DNA from: an uncultured Verrucomicrobia subdivision 3 bacterium
GTDB lineage: Bacteria; Verrucomicrobiota; Verrucomicrobiia; Limisphaerales; UBA8199
Length of the DNA stretch: 64,000 nt
Assembly: GCA_903912925.1 (NCBI GenBank)
Contig: CAIWJG010000631.1
Coordinates: 3,004 to 67,003 of the forward strand
Direction of reading: 5' to 3'
The position numbers and the translations under genes were made by a program. This document shows, piece by piece, positions 36,068-43,863 of this stretch; the stretch's first letter is position 1; every line of letters begins with the position of its first letter. Under the pieces are notes generated by a model. That model ran no database searches. It was not told the origin of the DNA and worked only from the letters and a program-made list of their open reading frames with translations.

Positions 36068-36408
36068 AGTTCATATCCGCTACTTTCTTGATAGGCGGTA
36101 AAGATGATATTGGTCCGCAAAAGCTTGAATTCGGTAATATAGCCACCGCTTCGGGTTTGATTGATATCTTTGAGCAGGAAGGGGTTCGGCAGACCTTGCG
36201 ACAGCATCCCCAGGGCCGGCAGCATCCAAAGGAGGAGCACCGCCCAGAAAGAAGTGCGCGCGCTTCTTGAACCTCTCCCGGTGGAGTTTTCCTGGCTTGT
36301 GGACGCGTCCACCGCTGCCTGCGGTTCGGGTATCGCAAGCTGTGCACGGTTACAAAGCTCGCCCTTGTCACAACCTGGTGACCGCTCAAGCATTTCTTTT
36401 GATTTCAT
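35920..36408 (-). CDS. Membrane-anchored ELWxxDGT-repeat fragment; probable frameshifted 5' part of the sensor kinase gene
   Basis: TM segment FWAVLLLWMLPALGML, then LLKDINQTRSGGYITEFKLLRTNIIFTAYQESSGYELWKSDGTVSGTV (ELWxxDGT repeat). The remainder of the ORF is out-of-frame reading of the kinase 5' region (overlap 35920-36067). Confidence 0.5.
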   Translation of the reverse strand: MKSKEMLERSPGCDKGELCNRAQLAIPEPQAAVDASTSQENSTGRGSRSARTSFWAVLLLWMLPALGMLSQGLPNPFLLKDINQTRSGGYITEFKLLRTNIIFTAYQESSGYELWKSDGTVSGTVLTIWRWTRRMAACGSVPATACCITAIIGSSAMRRKGG

Positions 36409-36447
36409 ATCTTTTCGACGTTGATCCTATGGCAGGCGGTAATCCGC

Positions 36448-38331
36448 TCAGGGCTCCAAGAGCGCAACCCGGGATGCAAGGTGCAATCTGAAGGTTCCCC
36501 TCGTCACCAAGGGCGTCTTGTGCAAACCATAAATGGTTTCGGTGTAGCTGCCTCCAATCCGGTTGTCTCCCCAACCGGACAAATTCTGACTGACCAGGTC
36601 AGGATCGTCAGCCGAGAAGATAAGGGTGATGGCCCGGTTGATGGACCACGATTCGGCGGTGTAGGTCAGACCAGCGCTGTTGGTATGCGGGAGCAATGGA
36701 TTGCGTTCCGGGCGGTCGTCCCGGTTGTCGTGGTCGGGATGAAAGCGATGCACAAACGGGTTGAGCGAGTCGTCGAATGGCAGCGGCACGATGCAGGCAA
36801 GTTGATTGCCGGCATCGCCAAAGCCAGTGCCGTTCATAGGAATCGTGCCCCGGAACCCGAACGCGGCCGAACTGAACCTGCGAGCCACCGCAGTGCCATC
36901 TCGCAGCGCCGCACCCGCGAACTGCCCAACCCGGTTATCATCGGTCAGCAGCACGAAGCGCCCCGGTCGGTCCACCACGAGGTTTGTCGTCCCGTCCCCG
37001 GCCGATTTGTAAGTGCCGGGCGACCATACCTGGAGGATCTTCTGCAGCAGCCTGGCCTGGCCGCTGGCGTCCAGATGCACCATCAGCCGGAACGAGAATT
37101 CGGAGGCAGTGGGCACCGGTTCCGCGGGGTTACCCGAGCCAGGCTGATTGACCTGATTGATAGTGGCCGTGCCGACCCAGAGGCCGGCGCGCGGGGGCGT
37201 CGTGGCCGAGGCGGCCATCAGTGAACGTCCTCCCGCCAAGGCAGCGGAAGCGCTCTGGGGGCCGTAAGCGGAAACCGGAACAAGCGCGCGGGTGCCGTTT
37301 GCACTATCGGTGATTTCCAGCAGGGACTGATAGAGGCTATCGGTGGCGCCTGAGGGCGGCGTGAAAGCCGCCATTTCCCGGCGGCGCACCTCCAAACGGA
37401 GATCCCAGATGCCGCCGGGCGGCAGGTTCGATTGGACCACGCCTGAAAAGGTGATCCAGCCCACGTTGGTGAACACCGAGGAGTTCCGCCAATAACCCAT
37501 CGGCACGGGGCCAGCCAAAGCGATCCCGGAAGTGGCTGGCGGATTGGTCGAGGTCAACGGACGGATGCTAATAACCGTCGAGTTCGTGGAGACGTTACGG
37601 ATGCGGATGGTCTGCTCGGTGAGGATGCGCCCAAATTCCAACCCGGCGTGTCGATCGGTTTGGACTTCGATGGGTCCCGAGTAAGCCGGCAGTCCCCGGG
37701 TACGAGTCCAGAAGGCTTCGCCGCGTTGCATGGCCGTGGTACCCGGGCTGGTGACGCGTTGCCAGGAGCCACTGGTGAGAAGGCGGTATAGGTTGGTTTC
37801 CGAGAGCGCGCTCGAATACGAGCAGAAGGTGCGGTAGGTGGGTGGGCTCGCGGAAGGAAGAGGCGCGCCCACAAAGTTGTAGGAGTCGCGCAACCACTCG
37901 ATGGATCGTAACACCGGCTTGCCCCGAACATTCCAAGTGTTGGTGGGGGCGTTGTCAGCCATTTTGATGAGGTAGGGACGCCCGCCTTCGAGGAAATGGA
38001 GACTGGTCTGGTCCGTCAAAGGGTTACTTGGCGGCACCCAGGTCAACCAGTCCGGCTGGCTGATGACCAATTCATTTGGGTCGGCGATGAACTGCACCAC
38101 TGCCTGCCGATGGTTGTAGCGCCACACACTCTCGACCGGCAGGGAGGCGAAAGCGACATCGCAGTCGGCGGCGTCGGGCTGGACTTCCAGAAAGATCGCA
38201 TTCCAGCCAGGCCGCAAGGTGATCGGTTGATCAATCCATTGCGCAACGACCGAGCGGGCGCTAAAACCGAGCAGCCCAAGTGCCAGTGAGGGCATTAACA
38301 AGGACTTCCAAAGCTGACGGAAAGTCTTCAT
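36448..38331 (-). CDS. Secreted hypothetical protein (627 aa)
   Basis: Signal peptide MKTFRQLWKSLLMPSLALGLLGFSARSVVAQ. The ATG overlaps the upstream stop (ATGA 38328-38331). No family recognised. Confidence 0.8.
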   Translation of the reverse strand: MKTFRQLWKSLLMPSLALGLLGFSARSVVAQWIDQPITLRPGWNAIFLEVQPDAADCDVAFASLPVESVWRYNHRQAVVQFIADPNELVISQPDWLTWVPPSNPLTDQTSLHFLEGGRPYLIKMADNAPTNTWNVRGKPVLRSIEWLRDSYNFVGAPLPSASPPTYRTFCSYSSALSETNLYRLLTSGSWQRVTSPGTTAMQRGEAFWTRTRGLPAYSGPIEVQTDRHAGLEFGRILTEQTIRIRNVSTNSTVISIRPLTSTNPPATSGIALAGPVPMGYWRNSSVFTNVGWITFSGVVQSNLPPGGIWDLRLEVRRREMAAFTPPSGATDSLYQSLLEITDSANGTRALVPVSAYGPQSASAALAGGRSLMAASATTPPRAGLWVGTATINQVNQPGSGNPAEPVPTASEFSFRLMVHLDASGQARLLQKILQVWSPGTYKSAGDGTTNLVVDRPGRFVLLTDDNRVGQFAGAALRDGTAVARRFSSAAFGFRGTIPMNGTGFGDAGNQLACIVPLPFDDSLNPFVHRFHPDHDNRDDRPERNPLLPHTNSAGLTYTAESWSINRAITLIFSADDPDLVSQNLSGWGDNRIGGSYTETIYGLHKTPLVTRGTFRLHLASRVALLEP

Positions 38332-39176
38332 GGTTGGATGAAAAGGTTGTAAAATAAAGGCCCGGACGAAGGGGTGTTGGTGTCAAGAAAGCTATTCATG
38401 GGCGGGGTGCCCGCGATATTGCTGCGGATTATGCTGAAACTGCCAGGCAGTAAAGTGGCCGAGCGCAGCAGGGTGTAGGAGCGACCTTCGGCGCTATTCC
38501 ACTGAACTTCGAATCCGCCCTGGGGTTGACGGGAATACTTGATGAAGTGGAATACCGAGTTGGGGTCGTTGGGATCGGTACCCGCAATGAACTCCTGGAG
38601 GTTGGTCATGCCATCGCCATCTTCATCGTCACCCGGCCGGTGGCCAATGCCGCCAAAGTAAAGGTCTTCCCACCAGTCGCACAGCCCCAAGCCGTCCGAG
38701 TCTTGGCACGGGGCGTTGATCAAGAGATCCACTCGCTCGATGACGCCGCGGTTTCGGGCGGCGAGGGATGTGGCGGCCTGGCCTGGAGTCGCGAAGGAAA
38801 CCTGCAGGCCATCCAGGGTGACCTGCGAGCGGTCGTACGTTAATGAGGAGGGAAGCAATTCCAGGGAGTTGCTGGAAACCGACGCCCCGGAGAGAACCGT
38901 TTCGCAAGGCACAAGCAGTAAATACGAGAACTGCCCCGACACGTTGCCGAGGGTGTTTGTCAGGGTGATAGTACGCCCCGTATCCTGTCGGCGGAATCGC
39001 CAAATAAGGGTGCCGGAAGTGATGCGAGCGTTGTATGCTGCTGTGTTACGGATCATACCGTAAAGAACCAAGTTGGGTTCGGGGAGACCCTCGCTCCATC
39101 CGATCTGGCAGAGCATGGAGAGCCCCAGTAACAAGGCGTGTGGGTTGGCTGAAAGAAGGCTGGATGGCGTTTTCAT
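38328..39176 (-). CDS. Secreted hypothetical protein with thrombospondin-type-3-like Ca-binding motif
   Basis: ATG 39176 gives MKTPSSLLSANPHALLLGLSMLCQIGWS. Motif GDDEDGDGMTNLQEFIAGTDPNDPNS. C-terminal FEVQWNSAEGRSYTLLRS beta-sandwich-like tail. Confidence 0.8.
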   Translation of the reverse strand: MKTPSSLLSANPHALLLGLSMLCQIGWSEGLPEPNLVLYGMIRNTAAYNARITSGTLIWRFRRQDTGRTITLTNTLGNVSGQFSYLLLVPCETVLSGASVSSNSLELLPSSLTYDRSQVTLDGLQVSFATPGQAATSLAARNRGVIERVDLLINAPCQDSDGLGLCDWWEDLYFGGIGHRPGDDEDGDGMTNLQEFIAGTDPNDPNSVFHFIKYSRQPQGGFEVQWNSAEGRSYTLLRSATLLPGSFSIIRSNIAGTPPMNSFLDTNTPSSGPLFYNLFIQP

Positions 39177-39499
39177 AGAAGTTTGAGTTTCAGGTGACGA
39201 GCCGGGTTCTCGACCCATTTTGGAGAACAAAGGGGACTGCTTTCGTGAAAAAGGTGTGTTCTTGTCCTTGCCAGGCAGGGGGACACAAATTCCCGCAGCG
39301 ACTCCTGGCAATTATGCTCCCGCGCTGCGTCGAACCGTTCCAACGCGAGAGCGGTAAGGCTCACGAGCAATCGGGTGAAGCTGGCGGTTTCCTCGCCGCT
39401 GTTGCCCGCCGCCGACAGCACCAGGTTGACCGGCAGGCACGGTCTTTCTTCGCTTGGTGACCCGAGTGGTCGCTCGGCAAGCTGATCAACAGACATCAT
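39173..39499 (-). CDS. Possible small leader protein (~108 aa), unknown function
   Basis: Its TGA overlaps the ATG of the next gene (ATGA 39173-39176). The central part has GC-rich third positions. The 3' third contains regulatory-looking motif A, and the start (ATG 39499/39496 or GTG 39523) is unclear. Confidence 0.35.
   Translation of the reverse strand: MMSVDQLAERPLGSPSEERPCLPVNLVLSAAGNSGEETASFTRLLVSLTALALERFDAAREHNCQESLREFVSPCLARTRTHLFHESSPLCSPKWVENPARHLKLKLL
39221..39293 (-). promoter_or_regulatory. Three-box palindromic motif, copy A (GAGAACAAAG / GTTCTTGTCC / GGGGACACAAA)
   Basis: tggagaacaaaggggactgctttcgtgaaaaaggtgtgttcttgtccttgccaggcagggggacacaaattcc aligns without gaps with copy B over the first 47 nt (about 34 of 47 identical by hand count). 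Lies ~45 nt upstream of ATG 39176. Confidence 0.55.
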
Positions 39500-39546
39500 G
39501 CGGTTGGTTCTACCATCTGACACCCAGGCTCCGGTAGTCTCATTCT

Positions 39547-39614
39547 AGAGGACAAAACGGGGTGGTTTTATGAAAAAGGGACGTTTTTGTCCCTCATTTA
39601 GGGGACAAAACGCG
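39547..39614 (-). promoter_or_regulatory. Three-box palindromic motif, copy B (GAGGACAAAAC / GTTTTTGTCCC / GGGGACAAAAC)
   Basis: tagaggacaaaacggggtggttttatgaaaaagggacgtttttgtccctcatttaggggacaaaacgcg. Boxes 2 and 3 form a near-perfect inverted repeat with a 7-nt spacer. Lies just upstream of the small ORF start. Confidence 0.6.
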
Positions 39615-39731
39615 CTCTTGGTGGCTCACAGCGAAGACACCAAAGCGCGAAGGGGTGATGAAAGGTACTAAATTACAAAGCTAGTGAGATCAAAGCTTTG
39701 CGCTCCCCATCGGATCGCCGGCAGACCAACA

Positions 39732-39763
39732 CCATAGCGCCCCCATAGCGCCCCCATAGCGCC
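39732..39763. repeat. 11-bp tandem repeat ccatagcgccc x3
   Basis: Three consecutive units at 39732-39742, 39743-39753 and 39754-39763. An inverted partial copy ggcctatggcgctc lies at ~39804. Confidence 0.9.
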
Positions 39764-39837
39764 TGGCTTGCTGCAAAGCGCCCCTCTATTCTGAGTTGAG
39801 GGCGGCCTATGGCGCTCTGCTGGCAGGGTGGATTCGG

Positions 39838-41292
39838 TTATTTGGCCCGGTAAGCAGGGTTTGGCTGTGGCAACTGCGCCCCCACTTCCTGCCACCAGGC
39901 ATGGAGGCGCGCACGGAGCTGGGCGGCACGCTCAGGTTGCGCGGCGGCCAGGTCGTGCTTTTCGCCGGGGTCGTCGCGCAGGCTGTAGAGTTCGACATGG
40001 TTGTCCTCGAAGTATTCCAGCAGTTTCCAGTCGCCGCAGCGTACCGCACTGACGGGGGTGGTGGTGGGGTAGTAATGAGGGTAGTGGAAGAAGAGCGCGT
40101 CGCGCGGGAGACTGGCGCGTGGCTGCTTCAGCAACGGGACAAGGCTGAGCCCGTCCAGCGGCTGCAGGGGCGCCGGTTGACTAGAGCCGCTAAGGCCGCA
40201 TAGCTCGCGAATGGTGGGGAAGAAATCCGTGCAGAGGACCGGTTCGTCACAAGTGGCGCCCGGAGGCGTGACGCCCGGCATGCGAACGATCAGCGGCACG
40301 CGGATGCCGCCCTCATAGAGGGAGCCCTTGCCGGAGCGCAGAGGGAAATTGTCGGTCACCTGCAGGCCCCGGTTGGTGTTGACGTAGCCCCCGTTGTCGG
40401 ACGCAAAGATCACCAGAGTGTGGTCGGCCAGACGGCGCTGCTCAAGTTTGGCCAGAACGCGCCCGACATTCTCATCGAGGATTTGGACCATCGCGGCATA
40501 GCCGGGGTTCCGATGATGCAGGCCCGGTTTGAGTTTGCTCTGGTAGTGTTCCACCAACCGCGCCTTGCCTTCGATCGGTGTATGCGGAACATGGAAACAG
40601 AGGTTGAGAAAGAACGGGCGATCCCTCGCCTCATCGATCAGCTTCAGCGCCTCATCCGTGAGCCGATCGTCCAGGTAATCGCCGGGCTTGCCCAAGCCGA
40701 GTCCCGGCACGTAGCGGAACTCGCCCGCGCTGCCGGAAGGCCCGCGAAACGGATAAAAATAGGTCGCGGGCGCACCCCAATGAGTGCCGCCGATGTTCAG
40801 GTCAAAACCCTGCGTCTCGGGTGAATGGGCGGCGTCGCCGAGGTGCCACTTCCCCACATGAAACGTGAGATAACCCGCGCCCTTGAGGACTTCGGCGGTG
40901 GTCACCTCGCTGGCAGGCAAATCAGCGATGGCCGGGGGCGGCACGAGCGGCTGGTCGTGTGGAACCCCGAGGGCTCCCTCTCGCCAGATCGTGTAGTGGA
41001 GGCGGGCGGCATGCCTGCCGGTGAGGATGGCAGCGCGCGTGGGCGAGCAGACCGGCATGGCATAAGCCTGGGTGAACCGCACCCCCTCCCGCGCCAACCG
41101 GTCGATATGCGGGGTCTCATGCAGGTCGGCCCCGTAGCAGCCCACGTCGCTCCAGCCCAGATCGTCGGCGAGGATGAATACCACGTTGGGCGGACGAGCC
41201 TCGGCAAAAGCCAAATGGGGAGCCAGCATGACCAAGGCCCCAAAAAGAATCCATCGCCAGCCGAGCCTTGTCTCCATTGCGTTGAATCTCAT
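39838..41292 (-). CDS. Arylsulfatase (formylglycine-dependent, Cys-type)
   Basis: PNVVFILADDLGWSDVGCYG and the FGly motif CSPTRAAILTGR. Signal peptide present. Confidence 0.95.
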   Translation of the reverse strand: MRFNAMETRLGWRWILFGALVMLAPHLAFAEARPPNVVFILADDLGWSDVGCYGADLHETPHIDRLAREGVRFTQAYAMPVCSPTRAAILTGRHAARLHYTIWREGALGVPHDQPLVPPPAIADLPASEVTTAEVLKGAGYLTFHVGKWHLGDAAHSPETQGFDLNIGGTHWGAPATYFYPFRGPSGSAGEFRYVPGLGLGKPGDYLDDRLTDEALKLIDEARDRPFFLNLCFHVPHTPIEGKARLVEHYQSKLKPGLHHRNPGYAAMVQILDENVGRVLAKLEQRRLADHTLVIFASDNGGYVNTNRGLQVTDNFPLRSGKGSLYEGGIRVPLIVRMPGVTPPGATCDEPVLCTDFFPTIRELCGLSGSSQPAPLQPLDGLSLVPLLKQPRASLPRDALFFHYPHYYPTTTPVSAVRCGDWKLLEYFEDNHVELYSLRDDPGEKHDLAAAQPERAAQLRARLHAWWQEVGAQLPQPNPAYRAK

Positions 41293-41354
41293 ACTCAGTA
41301 GGCCCCTTATGCCATTTCAGCGGCAGGATGTCGAGTGCCGACGAAGCTGGTGCG

Positions 41355-41578
41355 GAGGCCCCCGGGGCTGCTCTAAAGTCCGGCCAGTTGAGGGAAGATC
41401 CTGTTCTGCAGCCCTGAAATCCGAAGACCGAAGGCCGAAATCCGAATTCCGAGAATGGCCTGATTCGATTGGCTGCTGCTCCGCCGGGGTGGCTATCAAT
41501 TCGGACCTCGGCCTTCGGATTTGAGCACTGCTCGCTGGGAACGGGAGGACCTTAGAACAGCCCTGGGAGGCCCCTGCC
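41355..41578. repeat. Hairpin element H4 (shares the outer module with H1 and another module with H5)
   Basis: 41371-41446 matches 1134-1209 at 74 of 76 nt (hand count). Inner palindrome aaatccgaagaccgaaggccgaaatccgaattc...gaattcggacctcggccttcggattt. The right module 41527-41565 is the reverse complement of 46059-46097. Confidence 0.85.
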
Positions 41579-41601
41579 CCTCCGAAAACCGTCAACCCAC
41601 T

Positions 41602-42771
41602 TCAGGCCAGCTCTGCAAAAACGAGGTCCGTCACCTTGTTGCGCACAAGAACAGTCTTGTCGGCCGGCTTCGGCGAGTCGGTGGTGGCGAAAACGAATGC
41701 GACGCGAGTCTTCAGGTCGGCCACGCCAATGAGCGTGTCAATTCCGGCATGGCCGAAGATGCCGGACGAAGTTTGATCGTAGAATCCAAACCATTTGTGC
41801 GCATCGCAGGCCGGGCCGTTACCCCGCAGGAGGGGCCCAAGCCCCCACGGCTCATGCTTTGGCTTCTCGCCCGCGGCCCTTGCCGCAGTGATTTCCTTTG
41901 CATACTGCACAGTATGCATTTCATGCAAAATATCGCGCGAGATCAGCCGTTTCGATTTCCACACGCCTTCCTGCAGGTGAAAGTGCAGCACCATAAGCGC
42001 ATCGCCGAGCGTGCCAAAACAACCCGCGCCCGGCTGGCCGGCGTAGCCAAACGCCACTTCCGCCGATTTGGGTAACGGCTTTTCGGCCTTTGGCTGCGGC
42101 ACAATCGCGGCGTCCGCATTATCTGCGGGCAGGTCGTAGGAAAGTGATTTTGCGCGGAGCGGCGCGAAGAGCTTCACGCGGCACAACTCCGCCCACGGCA
42201 TGCCGCCGTTTACCCGGCGCACGCACTCCCCGGCGAGGAACGCGCCGCTCCAGCCGTGGTAGGCCGTTCTTGATCCGGGTTCCCATTCCACCGTCGCCGC
42301 ACAAAGATCTTGCAACGCCTGGTTCCAACCCGCCGCGTCGTGCACTGGCTTTGATGGCACCTTGGCCAGCCCGGCGGAATGCGTAAGACAGTGGCGGATC
42401 GTGATGGTGTCCTTACCGCCACCGGTGAACTCCGGAATGTGCTTGGAGACCAAATCACTGTAATCCAACTTGCCCTCCGTCTTGGCGATGGCGACCACGG
42501 TTCCGGTCACCAACTTGGAAAACGAATACAGCGGGTGCAGCGTATCCAGCGTGAGCCGCGCCTGTCGGTTGTCGAGCTTGCAGCAGGTGCCCACCGCCTT
42601 CTTCGTCCGCACTGAGCCTCGGCGGGACGCCACGAGAGCAGCGCCAGGCACGGTCCCTTCCTTCACGATCGTCTCGAGAAACTCGGCCGACCTCTCGGGC
42701 TTGGTTGAGGCCAGGGTTTGCATCGCGGCGGGCAGCGTCGCCGCGAGCACCAGGAATTCGCGTCTCTTCAT
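41602..42771 (-). CDS. Beta-lactamase-fold serine hydrolase (class C / esterase-like), exported
   Basis: ATG 42771 gives the Tat-like MKRREFLVLAATLPAAMQTLAS. S-x-x-K motif in LYSFSKLVTG. Confidence 0.8.
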   Translation of the reverse strand: MKRREFLVLAATLPAAMQTLASTKPERSAEFLETIVKEGTVPGAALVASRRGSVRTKKAVGTCCKLDNRQARLTLDTLHPLYSFSKLVTGTVVAIAKTEGKLDYSDLVSKHIPEFTGGGKDTITIRHCLTHSAGLAKVPSKPVHDAAGWNQALQDLCAATVEWEPGSRTAYHGWSGAFLAGECVRRVNGGMPWAELCRVKLFAPLRAKSLSYDLPADNADAAIVPQPKAEKPLPKSAEVAFGYAGQPGAGCFGTLGDALMVLHFHLQEGVWKSKRLISRDILHEMHTVQYAKEITAARAAGEKPKHEPWGLGPLLRGNGPACDAHKWFGFYDQTSSGIFGHAGIDTLIGVADLKTRVAFVFATTDSPKPADKTVLVRNKVTDLVFAELA

Positions 42772-43096
42772 ACGTGGCAGGTTCAGATGCGGTTCTTCGT
42801 CCGACCTCATTGGCCGGTTGTCTTTCTTGCGCGGAAAACAGCTTTCCTCGCGTTGGTGACGATGATGTTCGGCATAACGCCGGCTCAATCTTCCAGAAAC
42901 CAATACAAGTTCACAATCCGATTGTCGCGCCATTTCCAGAGTGGTAAGTGCCTCGTGAACTGTAACGGAATCGGTCAGTCATGGCGTGTACAGCCAGTGA
43001 TGGGGCAGCGCCATGACTGAGGCATTGCGCTGTAGCAGCCATTCGGCATTGCCAAGCACTTGGAGTAGTTGTAAAAACCAGCGAAAGACCCAGCGC

Positions 43097-43816
43097 ATGA
43101 CCAACCCATTTCAAGCTTCGCCCGGTAGGTGGGGAAAGACCTGCCTATGTTTGTGCCTGCTTCCCGGCCTCCTCATCATCCTGCCCCTCATAGGCCGAGC
43201 GCATGATAGACTCGGTTCCTTCGTGCAGCATACCGTCCACGTCGCTGTCGGCGCGCAGCACCTCGATGTCACTCTCGACCTGACTTTCTTCGAGGAATGG
43301 TCCGCGCGCGAGCGCAAGGCAATGGATGCCGACAGCAGCGGCATCATCACGCGATCGGAGCAGGAAGCCTATCTGAGAAGAATCGAGGCCGACACGTGCA
43401 ACCATGTGAAGCTGTTCGTGGGGGGACACGAGGTGCCGCTGGGGTCATTATACCCCCCGGAAATTGACCTCCTGACTGACAACCGGGTTGGCCCGGCTCA
43501 TCATCGGCTCCGCCTCTTCTTCTTCGTCACCACCCCTGCAGGCTTGCGGGCCGGTGATGAGATTGTGGTCGAGGACAAGCTTTGGCCGCAGGCGAACATC
43601 CTCGTGACGCCTCAGATGGAAGGTCGCAATGGGTGCCGCCTCGCAACCGGGCTGCCGGCGGATGCCGATCTGCTGCCGGGAAAGGCCGGCCAATCAAGAC
43701 GGATTGCCTTCAAATGCCTCCAACCGCCCTCAACCAAGCCCGCTGCCCAGGCGGAGCACCGCCGCGGACCTGTCCCAACCGCGTCACCCGGTTCCGGTCA
43801 GGCCCCCCTGCCCTGA
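43097..43816 (+). CDS. Hypothetical exported protein with a canonical EF-hand loop
   Basis: Hydrophobic N-terminus CLCLCLLPGLLIILPLIG. DADSSGIITRSE fits the D-x-D-x-S-G-x-I-x-x-x-E pattern. Confidence 0.65.
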   Translation: MTNPFQASPGRWGKTCLCLCLLPGLLIILPLIGRAHDRLGSFVQHTVHVAVGAQHLDVTLDLTFFEEWSARERKAMDADSSGIITRSEQEAYLRRIEADTCNHVKLFVGGHEVPLGSLYPPEIDLLTDNRVGPAHHRLRLFFFVTTPAGLRAGDEIVVEDKLWPQANILVTPQMEGRNGCRLATGLPADADLLPGKAGQSRRIAFKCLQPPSTKPAAQAEHRRGPVPTASPGSGQAPLP

Positions 43817-43863
43817 AACAACCGGCCTGCGCTATGAAAACATGCCACCCGACTCTCAACCAC

